Of a DNA stretch of 64,000 nt, positions 55,539-64,000 are shown one piece after another; position 1 is the first letter of the stretch, and each line of letters begins with the position of its first letter. This DNA is from an uncultured Gemmatimonadales bacterium. Its GTDB lineage: Bacteria > Gemmatimonadota > Gemmatimonadetes > Longimicrobiales > Gaopeijiaceae. The DNA lies in NCBI GenBank assembly GCA_963823035.1, contig CAWGKG010000012.1, positions 160,001-224,000 on the forward strand, in the 5' to 3' direction. The notes beneath the pieces are model-generated. The model worked only from the letters and a program-made list of their open reading frames with translations. It was not told the origin of the DNA and did no database searches. The position numbers were made by a program, and so were the translations under genes.

Positions 55539-58334
55539 CTAGCCCTTGCACTCGTACCAGTTGGCGCCCACGCCCCACTCCGCCACGAGGGGTACGCCGA
55601 GCGCCATGGCGGACTCCATCCTGTCGACCACGAGCGTACGTACGTCGTCGAGCTCGGCTCGCGGCACCTCGAGCAGGAGCTCGTCGTGCACCTGGAGGAG
55701 GAGACGCGCCTCGCTGCCGCTGTCGTCGAGCGCACGCTGTACGTCGATCATCGCGCGTTTGATCATGTCGGCCGCGGTGCCCTGGATCGGCGTGTTCTGC
55801 GCCACCCGCTCACCGAACTGGCGCACGCTCCAGTTGCGCGCCTTCAGCTCGGGCACATACCGCCTGCGACCCATCAGCGTTTCGACGTATCCGAGCTCGC
55901 GAGCCTTCTCGACCTGTTCGTCGAGGTAGGCGCGGACCCCGGCGAAGCGCTCGAAGTACGTGTCGATGAAGCGCTTCGCCTCGTCGCGCGAGATGCCGAG
56001 CTGGCGCGCGAGGGAGAAGGGGCCCTGACCGTACAGCGTAGCGAAGTTCACGGTCTTGGCCTGTGCGCGCATGGCCGGGGTCACGTCCGCGACCGCCACG
56101 TCGAAGATGACCGCGGCCGTCTGCTTGTGGACGTCCACGCCCTGCGTGAAGGCCGTGACGAACGCCTCGTCCCCCGAGAAGTGCGCGAGGATGCGCAGCT
56201 CGATCTGCGAGTAGTCGACCCCGAGGAAGACGTGGCCGGGGTCGGCCACGAATCCCTTGCGCACCTCGCGCCCCAGGGGCGTGCGGATCGGGATGTTCTG
56301 GAGGTTGGGATCGCTCGACGACAGGCGTCCGGTGGCCGCGACGGTCTGGTTGAAGCTCGTGTGGATGCGCCCGGTGTCCGGGTTCACGAGGTTCGGCAGC
56401 GCCTCCACGTACGTGCCGCGGAGCTTCTCGAGCTCGCGGTACTCCATGAGCAGCCTCGGAACCTCGTGGCCCTCGGCCGCAAGCTCTTCCAGGACGGACG
56501 CGTCCGTGCTGGCCCCGGTCTTCGTCTTCTTGAGCACGGGTAGCCCGAGCCGTTCGAACAGGACTTCGCGGAGCTGCGGCGTGGAGTTCAGGTTGAACTC
56601 CCCGCCCGCCAGCTTCCAGATCTCCTCCTGGATCAACTCCAGCTCTCGCTTGAGACGGCCACGCATCCCACGGAAGAACGCCTCGTCGATCGCGATCCCG
56701 GTCCGCTCCATCCGCGTCAGGACAGGCACCAGCGGCATCTCGAGCTCCGCCATCAAACCGGATAGGCCGCCTTCGTCCAGGTCGCCGGCGAAGCGCTCTT
56801 CGAGGCGTAGCGCGAAGTCGGCGCTTTCGCACGCGTAGTCCCGGATGCGCTCGATCGGCGCCTCGGCGAAAGGCACCTTGCTGCGGCCGCTCCCCACGAC
56901 ATCGGTAAGCGTGGTGGTCTTGAGCGCGAAGAGCTCGAGCACGAGGAAGTCGAGGCCGTGCCCGCGGCGGCCGGGATCGAGCACATAGCTGGCGACCATG
57001 GTGTCGAACGCGCCGCCCTCCAGACCGACGCCCGCGCGGTCGAGGGCGAGGGCCGAGCGCTTCAGGTCGTGGCCGATCTTCGCGATCGACACGTCCTCCA
57101 GCACTGCGCGCACCGCGGCGAGCTTTCCGTCCGGGATCGCCGGGAGGTTACGCACTCTGCCCTCCTCTTCGCCCTCGAAGGTCAGCTCGAACGGCGCAAC
57201 GTGGCCGAACGGGAGGTACCACGCGGATCCGGGCTCGACGGCGAAGGCCAGCCCGACCAGCTCCCCCCGGAGAGGGTCCGTCTCCGAGGTGACAGCCGCG
57301 ACCGCCACCCGCCCGTGGTCTCGGATCGCCGCGACGACCCCCGCCACCGTCGATGCGTCGTCCACGACGCGGTAGGCCCGCGCGGCCGCGCCCTCGGCGA
57401 CCGGGGCGGCACCTGGCGCGCCGTGCGCCACGTCCTCCGCCTCGGCCGCGAACTCCTCGGCCCAACGTCTGAACTCCAGCTCGACGAAGATGTCGCGCAG
57501 ACGCGCCGCGTCGGGCTCGTGGACCTTCCACGCGTCGAGATCGAGGTCGATGTCGAGGTCCGTCATGATCGTGACGAGGCGCCGGGAGAGCCGCACCTGC
57601 CCCGTGTTCTCCTCCAGGGACTTTCTGGCCCGCGGCGGCGTGATCTCCTCCGTGCGCTCGAGCATGGCCTCCACCGAACCGAACGCCTCGAGCAGCTTGA
57701 CGGCGGTCTTGGGGCCGATGCCCGGCGCACCGGGAACGTTGTCCGAGGAGTCTCCGATCAGTGCCAGGTAGTCGACCACCTGCGAGGGTGGGATGCCGAA
57801 CTTCTCGGACGCGTTGCGCTGGTCGACCCACTCGGCCGCCACCCCAGCCGCCCCACCCCGTCCGGGGTTCATGAGATGCACGCCCGGCCCAACGAGCTGG
57901 TAGAGGTCCTTGTCACCCGAGACGATCACGGCCTCGAGGCCCGCCGCCCGGGCCTTCACGGCGAGCGTGCCGATCACGTCGTCGGCCTCGTATCCGGGAA
58001 GCTCCACCACCGCGTCGTTGAAGCCCGCCACGATCTCGCGCACCCGGGTCAGGGAGGCGCGCAGGTCGTCCGGCATCTTCGACCGCGTCGCCTTGTATTC
58101 CGGAAAGATCTCCTCCCGGAACGAGCTACCTGCGTCGAACACGACCGCGAGGTAGTCGGGAGCGAACTTCTCGCGGATGTCGAGGAGGAACTGGGTGAAG
58201 CCGAACGGAGCGGAGGTATTCTCGCCCTTCGAGTTCGTGAGCGGGCGGTTGATGAACGCGAAGTACGCCCGGTAGATGAGGGCGTAGGCGTCGATCAGGA
58301 AGATGCGGGACGCGGTCTTCTCGGGAATGTCCAA
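55539..58334 (-). CDS. polA: DNA polymerase I
   Basis: LIDAYALIYRAYF, EADDVI, GDSSDN, TGRLSSSDPNLQNIP, DYSQIELR, KTVNF and LQVHDEL. Confidence 0.98.
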   Translation of the reverse strand: MDIPEKTASRIFLIDAYALIYRAYFAFINRPLTNSKGENTSAPFGFTQFLLDIREKFAPDYLAVVFDAGSSFREEIFPEYKATRSKMPDDLRASLTRVREIVAGFNDAVVELPGYEADDVIGTLAVKARAAGLEAVIVSGDKDLYQLVGPGVHLMNPGRGGAAGVAAEWVDQRNASEKFGIPPSQVVDYLALIGDSSDNVPGAPGIGPKTAVKLLEAFGSVEAMLERTEEITPPRARKSLEENTGQVRLSRRLVTIMTDLDIDLDLDAWKVHEPDAARLRDIFVELEFRRWAEEFAAEAEDVAHGAPGAAPVAEGAAARAYRVVDDASTVAGVVAAIRDHGRVAVAAVTSETDPLRGELVGLAFAVEPGSAWYLPFGHVAPFELTFEGEEEGRVRNLPAIPDGKLAAVRAVLEDVSIAKIGHDLKRSALALDRAGVGLEGGAFDTMVASYVLDPGRRGHGLDFLVLELFALKTTTLTDVVGSGRSKVPFAEAPIERIRDYACESADFALRLEERFAGDLDEGGLSGLMAELEMPLVPVLTRMERTGIAIDEAFFRGMRGRLKRELELIQEEIWKLAGGEFNLNSTPQLREVLFERLGLPVLKKTKTGASTDASVLEELAAEGHEVPRLLMEYRELEKLRGTYVEALPNLVNPDTGRIHTSFNQTVAATGRLSSSDPNLQNIPIRTPLGREVRKGFVADPGHVFLGVDYSQIELRILAHFSGDEAFVTAFTQGVDVHKQTAAVIFDVAVADVTPAMRAQAKTVNFATLYGQGPFSLARQLGISRDEAKRFIDTYFERFAGVRAYLDEQVEKARELGYVETLMGRRRYVPELKARNWSVRQFGERVAQNTPIQGTAADMIKRAMIDVQRALDDSGSEARLLLQVHDELLLEVPRAELDDVRTLVVDRMESAMALGVPLVAEWGVGANWYECKG

Positions 58335-58367
58335 CGATTCGGGGGTGGGGCGTTAGCAGGTCGCCGC

Positions 58368-58405
58368 AAAAGGCGCTCCGCAGCCGTGGCGGCCGCGGAG
58401 CGCCT
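58368..58405 (-). terminator. Rho-independent terminator after the cold-shock gene
   Basis: Stem AGGCGCTCCGC/GCGGAGCGCCT ending in TTTT on the minus strand. Confidence 0.65.
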
Positions 58406-58425
58406 GGTTCCGTGCAGGTTTCGCG

Positions 58426-58623
58426 TCAGGCCCTGACGACGTTGGTGGCTTGGGGGCCGCGGTCTCCGTCCCGAAGCTCGAACTCCACCTGTTCGCCCTC
58501 GGCGAGCGTTCGGAAGCCCTCACCGACGATCGAGGAGAAGTGGACGAATACGTCATCACCCGTGGGGTGCTGGATGAAGCCGTACCCCTTCGAGTCGTTG
58601 AACCATTTCACGGTCCCTTTCAT
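58426..58623 (-). CDS. Cold-shock domain protein
   Basis: [17 protein letters not shown]...DVFVHFSSI...GPQATNV. 65 aa, GGAGG upstream. Confidence 0.96.
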   Translation of the reverse strand: MKGTVKWFNDSKGYGFIQHPTGDDVFVHFSSIVGEGFRTLAEGEQVEFELRDGDRGPQATNVVRA

Positions 58624-58784
58624 GCCCTCACCTCCGGCTGAGTCACGGAAGACCGCCTGCAGAATCGACGGCCTCACGTACCTTGGCGAAGCCTCGCCGC
58701 CGACGCAAGGAAGGAATCGCGAGGGCGTTTCGCGGCGCTGTGGGGCGGGGAAATGGAAGGCCGGAGCAGGCGCCGGCGCGGCCG

Positions 58785-61107
58785 CTACTGGAGACCGTAG
58801 AGCGCCTGATACACGCCCACGTTGCGGCGGATGTTCTTCACGTACCCGCGCGTCTCCTCGAAGGGGATGCGCTCCACGAACCGCTCCGGGTCCGCGGCCT
58901 CGGGATAACGCCGCCACCGCGTCGCACGCGTGGGCCCGGCGTTGTAGGCCGAGAGGACGATGGGAAGGTCGCCCTTGTAGCGGCGGTTCATGTCCACGAA
59001 GAACGCCGCGCCCAGATGCAGGTTCACCTCCGGCGTGGTGAGGTTGTTCTCGTGGAAGTCCTCGGGGCCGTATGCGCGGGCAAGCTGGCGACCGGTCGGC
59101 GGCATGACCTGCATGAGTCCCACGGCGCCTGCCCCGCTGCGGATGTCCGCCTTGAAGGCGGACTCCTGACGGATGAGTGCGGCCAGGAGGATGGGATCCA
59201 CACCCCATTCGGCCGCCTCCTTCACCACCAGCTCACGATAGGGGAAGGGATACACGACCCGCAGGAGCCGCCGATCCCACGGCCTCCCCTCGGCGCGCAG
59301 CGCCCAGCCGATGTTGATTCCTTCGATGGTGCGTCCGCGGTCGTTGAGCGCCTCCGCGAGGAGAAGCTGCGCCGCCGGCGTGCCACTCGCCCGCGCCTCC
59401 AGACGCTTCTCCTCGGCCTGGACGCCCCGCTCGAGACCGGCTTGCACCAGGAGGTCGAGCCGTGCCAGCCCGTCTTCCAGCCAGTCGATCTCGATGGGTG
59501 CATCGCCCGGCGGCATGTCCACGTCATACGGATCGCCGAGGAGCTGGGCGCCCATCACGGCGTAGTACGAGATCGGCTCGTCCCGCCGGATCCGAGCCAC
59601 GAGCTCCCGGGCCGTCGCGGTATCGCCGAGTTGGAGGCGCACGCGGGCGGTCCAGTACGAGGCCTCGCCCCAACGCCGCCCCGAGGGGAAGTCCTTCAGG
59701 TACGCCTCGAAGACGGCGGCGGCCTCCTCGAGGTCACCCCGCCCGAGGTGGATCTGCCCGGTGCGCATGCGGGCCTCGCCCGCGCGCCCCAGCGTGGGGG
59801 CCTCCTCCGCGATTGTGGCGTACTCCGTCAGTGCGCCCCTCACGTCGCCGCGCGTCTGCGCCGTGGTCGCGCGCTCCCAACGCACCTCCGTGGCCTCGGG
59901 GCTTCCCGGGTATTCGGCCAGCAGCCACTTCCTGAGCGTCGTGACGTCCCCGACGCGGTGCTGGCGGCTGCGGACGTTCGCCCATGTCTCCAGGTTCCGC
60001 GCGCCGATGCGCTCGTCACGCGTCTCGGCGCGGATGGCCCTGAACTCCTCGATGGCGTCGTCCTGGCGGCCGCGGACCGTCGCCATGAGTCGAGCGCGTG
60101 AGAGCCTGGCCCACTCGGGCAGCGCGCCCTCTCCTCGCGCGGCGAGGCGGGCGGCGCGGTCGTAGGCCTTCAGGGCGGGGCCCCCGTCGCCGGCCCGGTC
60201 CAGGATCGACGCGAGGCGCACGGTGAGCTCGAGGTCGGTCCCGCCGATGGCGACGAGGCCGGCGGCGGCCCGCGACACGCTCGAACGCGGCGCGTCGTCG
60301 AGCGCCGCCCGGAACAGCTTCGCCGCAGCGGCGCTGTCCCGACGCGCGAGGGTGAGCACACCCGCCTCGACCATGGCCTCCGCCTGCTTGGATCCGGAGG
60401 TGGTCGCGGCGATGGCCCGATAGGCCTGCTCGGCACCCGCCGAGTCCCCCGCCGCCAGACGCGTGCGGGGAAGGAGTCCCCATGCGGCGTCGCTGGCACC
60501 CCCGTCCCCGATGCGTGCCAGGAGCGCCACCACGGCCGTCGTGTCCCCGGCGTCGGATGCGGCGCCGGCGAGCTCGAGGGCCATCCAGCTCCGCACCACC
60601 CCCGCACCAGCGGGGATCTCGTCGAGCGCCGGGAGGACCTCGTCCGTCCGCCCCCCGTGCGCGACCGCCCGCGCCAGGCGTGCGAGCACCGGCACCCGAA
60701 CCGGAGCGTCCTCGCCGAGGACGCGAACGTAGGCACCGTAGGCGGCCGCCGCCTCCGTCCATCGCCCGGCCTCCTCCTGCGCTCGGCCCAGGAGCAGCAG
60801 GCCCTCTCCATCCCCCTCGTCCTCGAGCCAGTCCCTCCCCTCCAGGAGCTCCCGGACGCCGCCCCAGTTGTGCCACCCGGCGTCGGCGCGCGCGAGCAGG
60901 AGGGTCGTCTCGTCGTCTCCGGAGGGAACGCCCGCCGCCCGCAGGATGCGGGCTGCGTGCCAGAACCGTCCCGCCCCCATCTCCTCACGAGCGGAGTCGA
61001 TGGCCGAGGAGGGGTGGGTCGTCGACCACGTCCCGTCCGCGCGCGGAGCCCGCGACGAGCAGAAGGGCGGCGGCGCCCACGACCGGGAGCAGGCGGTGTG
61101 GTTTCAA
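58785..61107 (-). CDS. Soluble lytic transglycosylase (Slt) with TPR repeats, probable 1-nt frameshift near the 5' end
   Basis: IRQES, GLMQVMP, AYNAGP and ETRGYV. The signal peptide [22 protein letters not shown] (TTG 61107) is one base out of frame with ORF 58785..60980. Confidence 0.88.
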
Positions 61108-61186
61108 ACGACGAGAGGTTGGGGGCGTAGGGACGATCCTCTAATGGATGTATAAACATCTGACTCGACGCCAGTGGAGATACGAC

Positions 61187-61220
61187 GAAAGGGGCCGCCC
61201 CCCGTGGGAGCGGCCCCTTC
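61187..61220. terminator. Terminator-like hairpin after the exbB-like gene
   Basis: AAGGGGCCGC...GCGGCCCCTT stem with a short T tract on the minus strand. Confidence 0.6.
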
Positions 61221-61246
61221 GAGATCGCCAGCGGTCGTGCGGCGCG

Positions 61247-61948
61247 TCAGTCCGCGGCCCGACCCATCTGGATGGCGTGGAGGGTGTCGACCATCTTCTG
61301 GGCCGACTCCTCCATGTCGATGACCAACGCGTCGATGCGGGAGACGAAGTAGTTGTGCCCCACCGACACCGGGATCGCGATCATGAGGCCGAACGCCGTC
61401 GTGTAGAGGGCGACCTTGATGCCGCCGGCGACCAGCGTGGCCTCCACCTCGCCCGCAGCCTCGATGGACTGGAAGGCGATGATCATCCCGATCACGGTCC
61501 CGAGGAAGCCGAGCAGCGGGGCGACGTTCGTCAGCGTGGCGAGGACGACCAGTCCCGACTCGAGCTTGCTCATCTCGATGAGGCCCTGGTTCTCGATCGC
61601 CTTCATGACGCGGTCCGTGCCCTCGTCCGCCCGCTCGAGGCCGGCGTAGAGGATGTTCGCGGCCGCGCTGTTCGAATCGCGCGTCAGCTCGAGCGCTTCC
61701 TTGATGCGCCGCTGCGTCAGGAGCTCATCGACGTCCTTCAGGATCCGGCGCGTACGCGCCGACTTGGCCGTGAGGGAGATGAACTTCCAGACGATGACGA
61801 TGATCCCGAGAATGAGGCACAGAGCCAGAGGCCAAACCATGAAGCCGGTGTCGGACCAACTCTTCGCCAACTGCTGCTGCCACGTGAGCTGCGGGGTGTC
61901 GACCCCAGGAAGCTGCAGCACGGCGCCAAAAAGTCGCATCGCCAGCAA
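61247..61948 (-). CDS. MotA/TolQ/ExbB proton-channel family protein
   Basis: MVWPL, APLLGFLGTVIGMIIAF and GIKVALYTTAFGL. GGAGG before the TTG. Confidence 0.92.
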   Translation of the reverse strand: MLAMRLFGAVLQLPGVDTPQLTWQQQLAKSWSDTGFMVWPLALCLILGIIVIVWKFISLTAKSARTRRILKDVDELLTQRRIKEALELTRDSNSAAANILYAGLERADEGTDRVMKAIENQGLIEMSKLESGLVVLATLTNVAPLLGFLGTVIGMIIAFQSIEAAGEVEATLVAGGIKVALYTTAFGLMIAIPVSVGHNYFVSRIDALVIDMEESAQKMVDTLHAIQMGRAAD

Positions 61949-62036
61949 GGGGACCTCCAGCCAATTTCAATGTCTGGGCTTCTCGTGCGCCGGACCTCGC
62001 CAGACCGAGGGAACGGCTGTACTTCAGGAGGCCCGG

Positions 62037-62065
62037 ATAATGGCCCGCGTGGAAAAGGGTGTCAA
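62037..62065 (-). promoter_or_regulatory. Putative promoter TTGACA-N17-CATTAT for the exbB-like gene
   Basis: Perfect -35, 17-nt spacer and good -10. Overlaps the upstream gene's stop codon. Confidence 0.65.
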
Positions 62066-63099
62066 GGGTGGCGGGAGGCCTTGACGCAAGCGGCGAAACG
62101 CCCCGGCTCCAGCCGCTCGAGCGACGGGATTTCGGCAGTGCACGCCTCGTCTTTCGCCGGATGAGGACAACGCGGGTGGAATGGGCAGCCGGGCGGAGGG
62201 GCGATCGGGCTCGGAACGTCCCCGGTCAGCACGGCCGCTCTCCTCTTCGATCCCGCCCGTTTCATGGACGGCGCGGCCGAAAGGAGTGCGCGCGAGTATG
62301 GATGAAGCGGTTGCGCGTACAATGCGGACGCAGGTGCGCGCTCGACCACGCGGCCCAGGTACATCACCGCGATCTCGTCGCTGACGTGCCGGACCAGGGG
62401 GAGGTCGTGCGCGATGAAGAGATAGGTCAGCCCGAGATCGCGCTGCAGCTCGCGCAGGAGGTTCACCACCTGCGCCCGCACCGAGACGTCCAGCGCGCTC
62501 ACCGGCTCGTCGAGGATCAGAAGCTCGGGCTCCACCGAGAGGGCGCGCGCGATCCCCAGGCGTTGACGCTGTCCCCCGCTCAGCTCGTGCGGGTAGCTGC
62601 CCTCGTGCTCGGCCTGAAGGCCCACGCGCGCCAGGAGGTCCAGGACCCTCGCATGGACATCGCCCCCCGGCACCCCATGCACCGACATCGCCTCCGTGAG
62701 GGCGGCGCCCGCGGACATCCGGGGGTTCAGCGCCGCGGCCGAGTCCTGGAAGACGATCTGGGCCCGGCGACGGAACCGCTTCAACCCGGACGCATCGAGC
62801 GCGCGCACGTCCGTCCCGTCGAAGTGGATGGAGCCGGCCGTGGGCTCGACCAGGCGCAGGATCGTGCGCGCGAGGGTCGACTTGCCGCACCCGGACTCAC
62901 CGACCAGGCCCAGCGTCTCCCCGCGCCGGAGCTCGAGGTCGACGCCGTCCACCGCACGCAGGGGCCGTCCCCTCCCGCCGAAGAGCGTGGTCCGGGCGTC
63001 GTAGTGCTTCACGAGGCCGCGCACCTCGAGGAGGGGCCGGTCGGGGGGGCCGGCGGGAGATCCGGAGGGGGAAGGCAGCGACGTCGTTGCGTGGCTCAC
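62062..63099 (-). CDS. Oligopeptide ABC transporter ATP-binding protein (OppF/DppF-like)
   Basis: GESGCGKST, LSGGQRQR, ILDEP, HPYSRALL and GCPFHPRC. GTGA overlap. Confidence 0.94.
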   Translation of the reverse strand: MSHATTSLPSPSGSPAGPPDRPLLEVRGLVKHYDARTTLFGGRGRPLRAVDGVDLELRRGETLGLVGESGCGKSTLARTILRLVEPTAGSIHFDGTDVRALDASGLKRFRRRAQIVFQDSAAALNPRMSAGAALTEAMSVHGVPGGDVHARVLDLLARVGLQAEHEGSYPHELSGGQRQRLGIARALSVEPELLILDEPVSALDVSVRAQVVNLLRELQRDLGLTYLFIAHDLPLVRHVSDEIAVMYLGRVVERAPASALYAQPLHPYSRALLSAAPSMKRAGSKRRAAVLTGDVPSPIAPPPGCPFHPRCPHPAKDEACTAEIPSLERLEPGRFAACVKASRHP

Positions 63100-64000
63100 G
63101 GAGACAGGTCCTCGGGCCGCGGCTCGTCCGAGCGGCCGACGAGCCAGCACCGGGCCATACGCTCCTCGCCCGCAAGCGGAATGGCATCGGGCTCCTGCAC
63201 GCACTTCGCGAAGGCGAGCGGGCAGCGCGGTCGGAAGCGGCAACCCTCCGGCCAGGAGGTGGCGGCGGGCACGTTTCCGGCGATGGCCCGCAGGGGGCCA
63301 TCCGCGCCGCCTGCCACGGGAATCGCGTCCAGGAGCGCGCGCGTGTAGGGATGGGCGGGTCGCACGAACACCGCCTCCACGCGACCCGTTTCCACGATGC
63401 GGCCGGCGTACATCACCGCCACGCGGTCGCACACCTCCGAGACCACGGCCAGATCGTGCGTGACCAGGATCATCGCCATCCCGTGGCGCGCCTTCAGCTC
63501 ATCGAGCAGCTGGAGGATCTGCGCCTGGACCGTGACGTCCAGAGCGGTGGTCGGCTCGTCCGCCACCAGCAGCGCCGGCTCGCACGCCAGCGCCATGGCG
63601 ATCATGACGCGCTGGCTCATTCCTCCGGAGAGCTGGTGCGGGTACGCGTCCACACGCCGCCCCGGATCGGGGATGCCGACCTCCTCCAGCCGGCGCACGG
63701 CCTCGGCGCGGGCGTCCGTCCGGTTCATCCCCCGGTGCGCGCGCAGCACCTCCACGATCTGGTCACCCACCGGGAAGACCGGGTTGAGGGACGCCGCCGG
63801 CTCCTGGAAGATCATCGCGATCTCGTTGCCGCGGACGTCGCGCAGCCGCTCTTTGGCGGCGCCCACCAGCTCCTCCCCCCTCAGGCGGATCGAGCTGCCT
63901 TCGAGGATCCGTCCCGCCGGCCGTCCGACGAGGCCGAGGAGGGAAAGCGCGGTGACGGTCTTGCCGCACCCCGACTCTCCCACGATGCCGAGCGTCTCTC
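63096..64000 (-). CDS. Oligopeptide ABC transporter ATP-binding protein (OppD/DppD-like), 5' end outside window
   Basis: GESGCGKT, IFQEP, LSGGMSQR, ADEPTTALD and GCRFRPRC. Confidence 0.94.
   Translation of the reverse strand, partial: ETLGIVGESGCGKTVTALSLLGLVGRPAGRILEGSSIRLRGEELVGAAKERLRDVRGNEIAMIFQEPAASLNPVFPVGDQIVEVLRAHRGMNRTDARAEAVRRLEEVGIPDPGRRVDAYPHQLSGGMSQRVMIAMALACEPALLVADEPTTALDVTVQAQILQLLDELKARHGMAMILVTHDLAVVSEVCDRVAVMYAGRIVETGRVEAVFVRPAHPYTRALLDAIPVAGGADGPLRAIAGNVPAATSWPEGCRFRPRCPLAFAKCVQEPDAIPLAGEERMARCWLVGRSDEPRPEDLSP

Noticed and set aside
54676..55542. CRISPR array or integron attC interpretation of the repeats
   Set aside because: No regularly spaced direct repeats with spacers, no cas or integrase gene, and no RYYYAAC/GTTRRRY box pair recognised.
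55139..55545. Peptide PYLCRASLA appearing in two ORFs on opposite strands
   Set aside because: It is only the translation of element 3's terminal inverted repeats.
1..64000. tRNA, rRNA, riboswitch, prophage or known defence systems
   Set aside because: No recognisable signatures by eye. The EVE and HD proteins look like ordinary chromosomal members. A covariance-model scan was not possible.

Overview
GC-rich chromosomal window, probably Gemmatimonadota (inference from the gene families: two short RpoD-type sigma factors, PadR + duplicated ABC-permease pairs, propeller lipoprotein with a pilin-like domain). Mostly housekeeping and accessory genes: polA, pckA, maeB, ssb, cold-shock protein, Slt, ExbB-type protein, Opp ATPases, peptidases and transporters. 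No rRNA, tRNA, CRISPR array or transposase was seen. Main non-routine signals: (1) three non-coding miniature inverted-repeat elements (18630-18804, 54680-54913, 55241-55538) with three unrelated terminal repeats, each flanked by CTAG/CTAA and each abutting a TAG stop codon, which share one strand-asymmetric internal hairpin; a CTAGCTAG possible excision scar lies at the pckA stop; (2) a methyltransferase / flavin oxidoreductase / SRPBCC cyclase / FabF-like ketosynthase cluster with no ACP or chain-length factor; (3) a YtrA-type operon with a propeller-pilin lipoprotein and two paralogous Cys-motif membrane proteins; (4) an unannotated 36-aa membrane ORF coupled to a Na+/solute symporter; (5) an internal SD+ATG in both duplicated permeases. 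At least five 1-2 nt frameshifts in otherwise intact genes suggest uncorrected assembly indels. All calls come from motif recognition by eye; no database searches were run.
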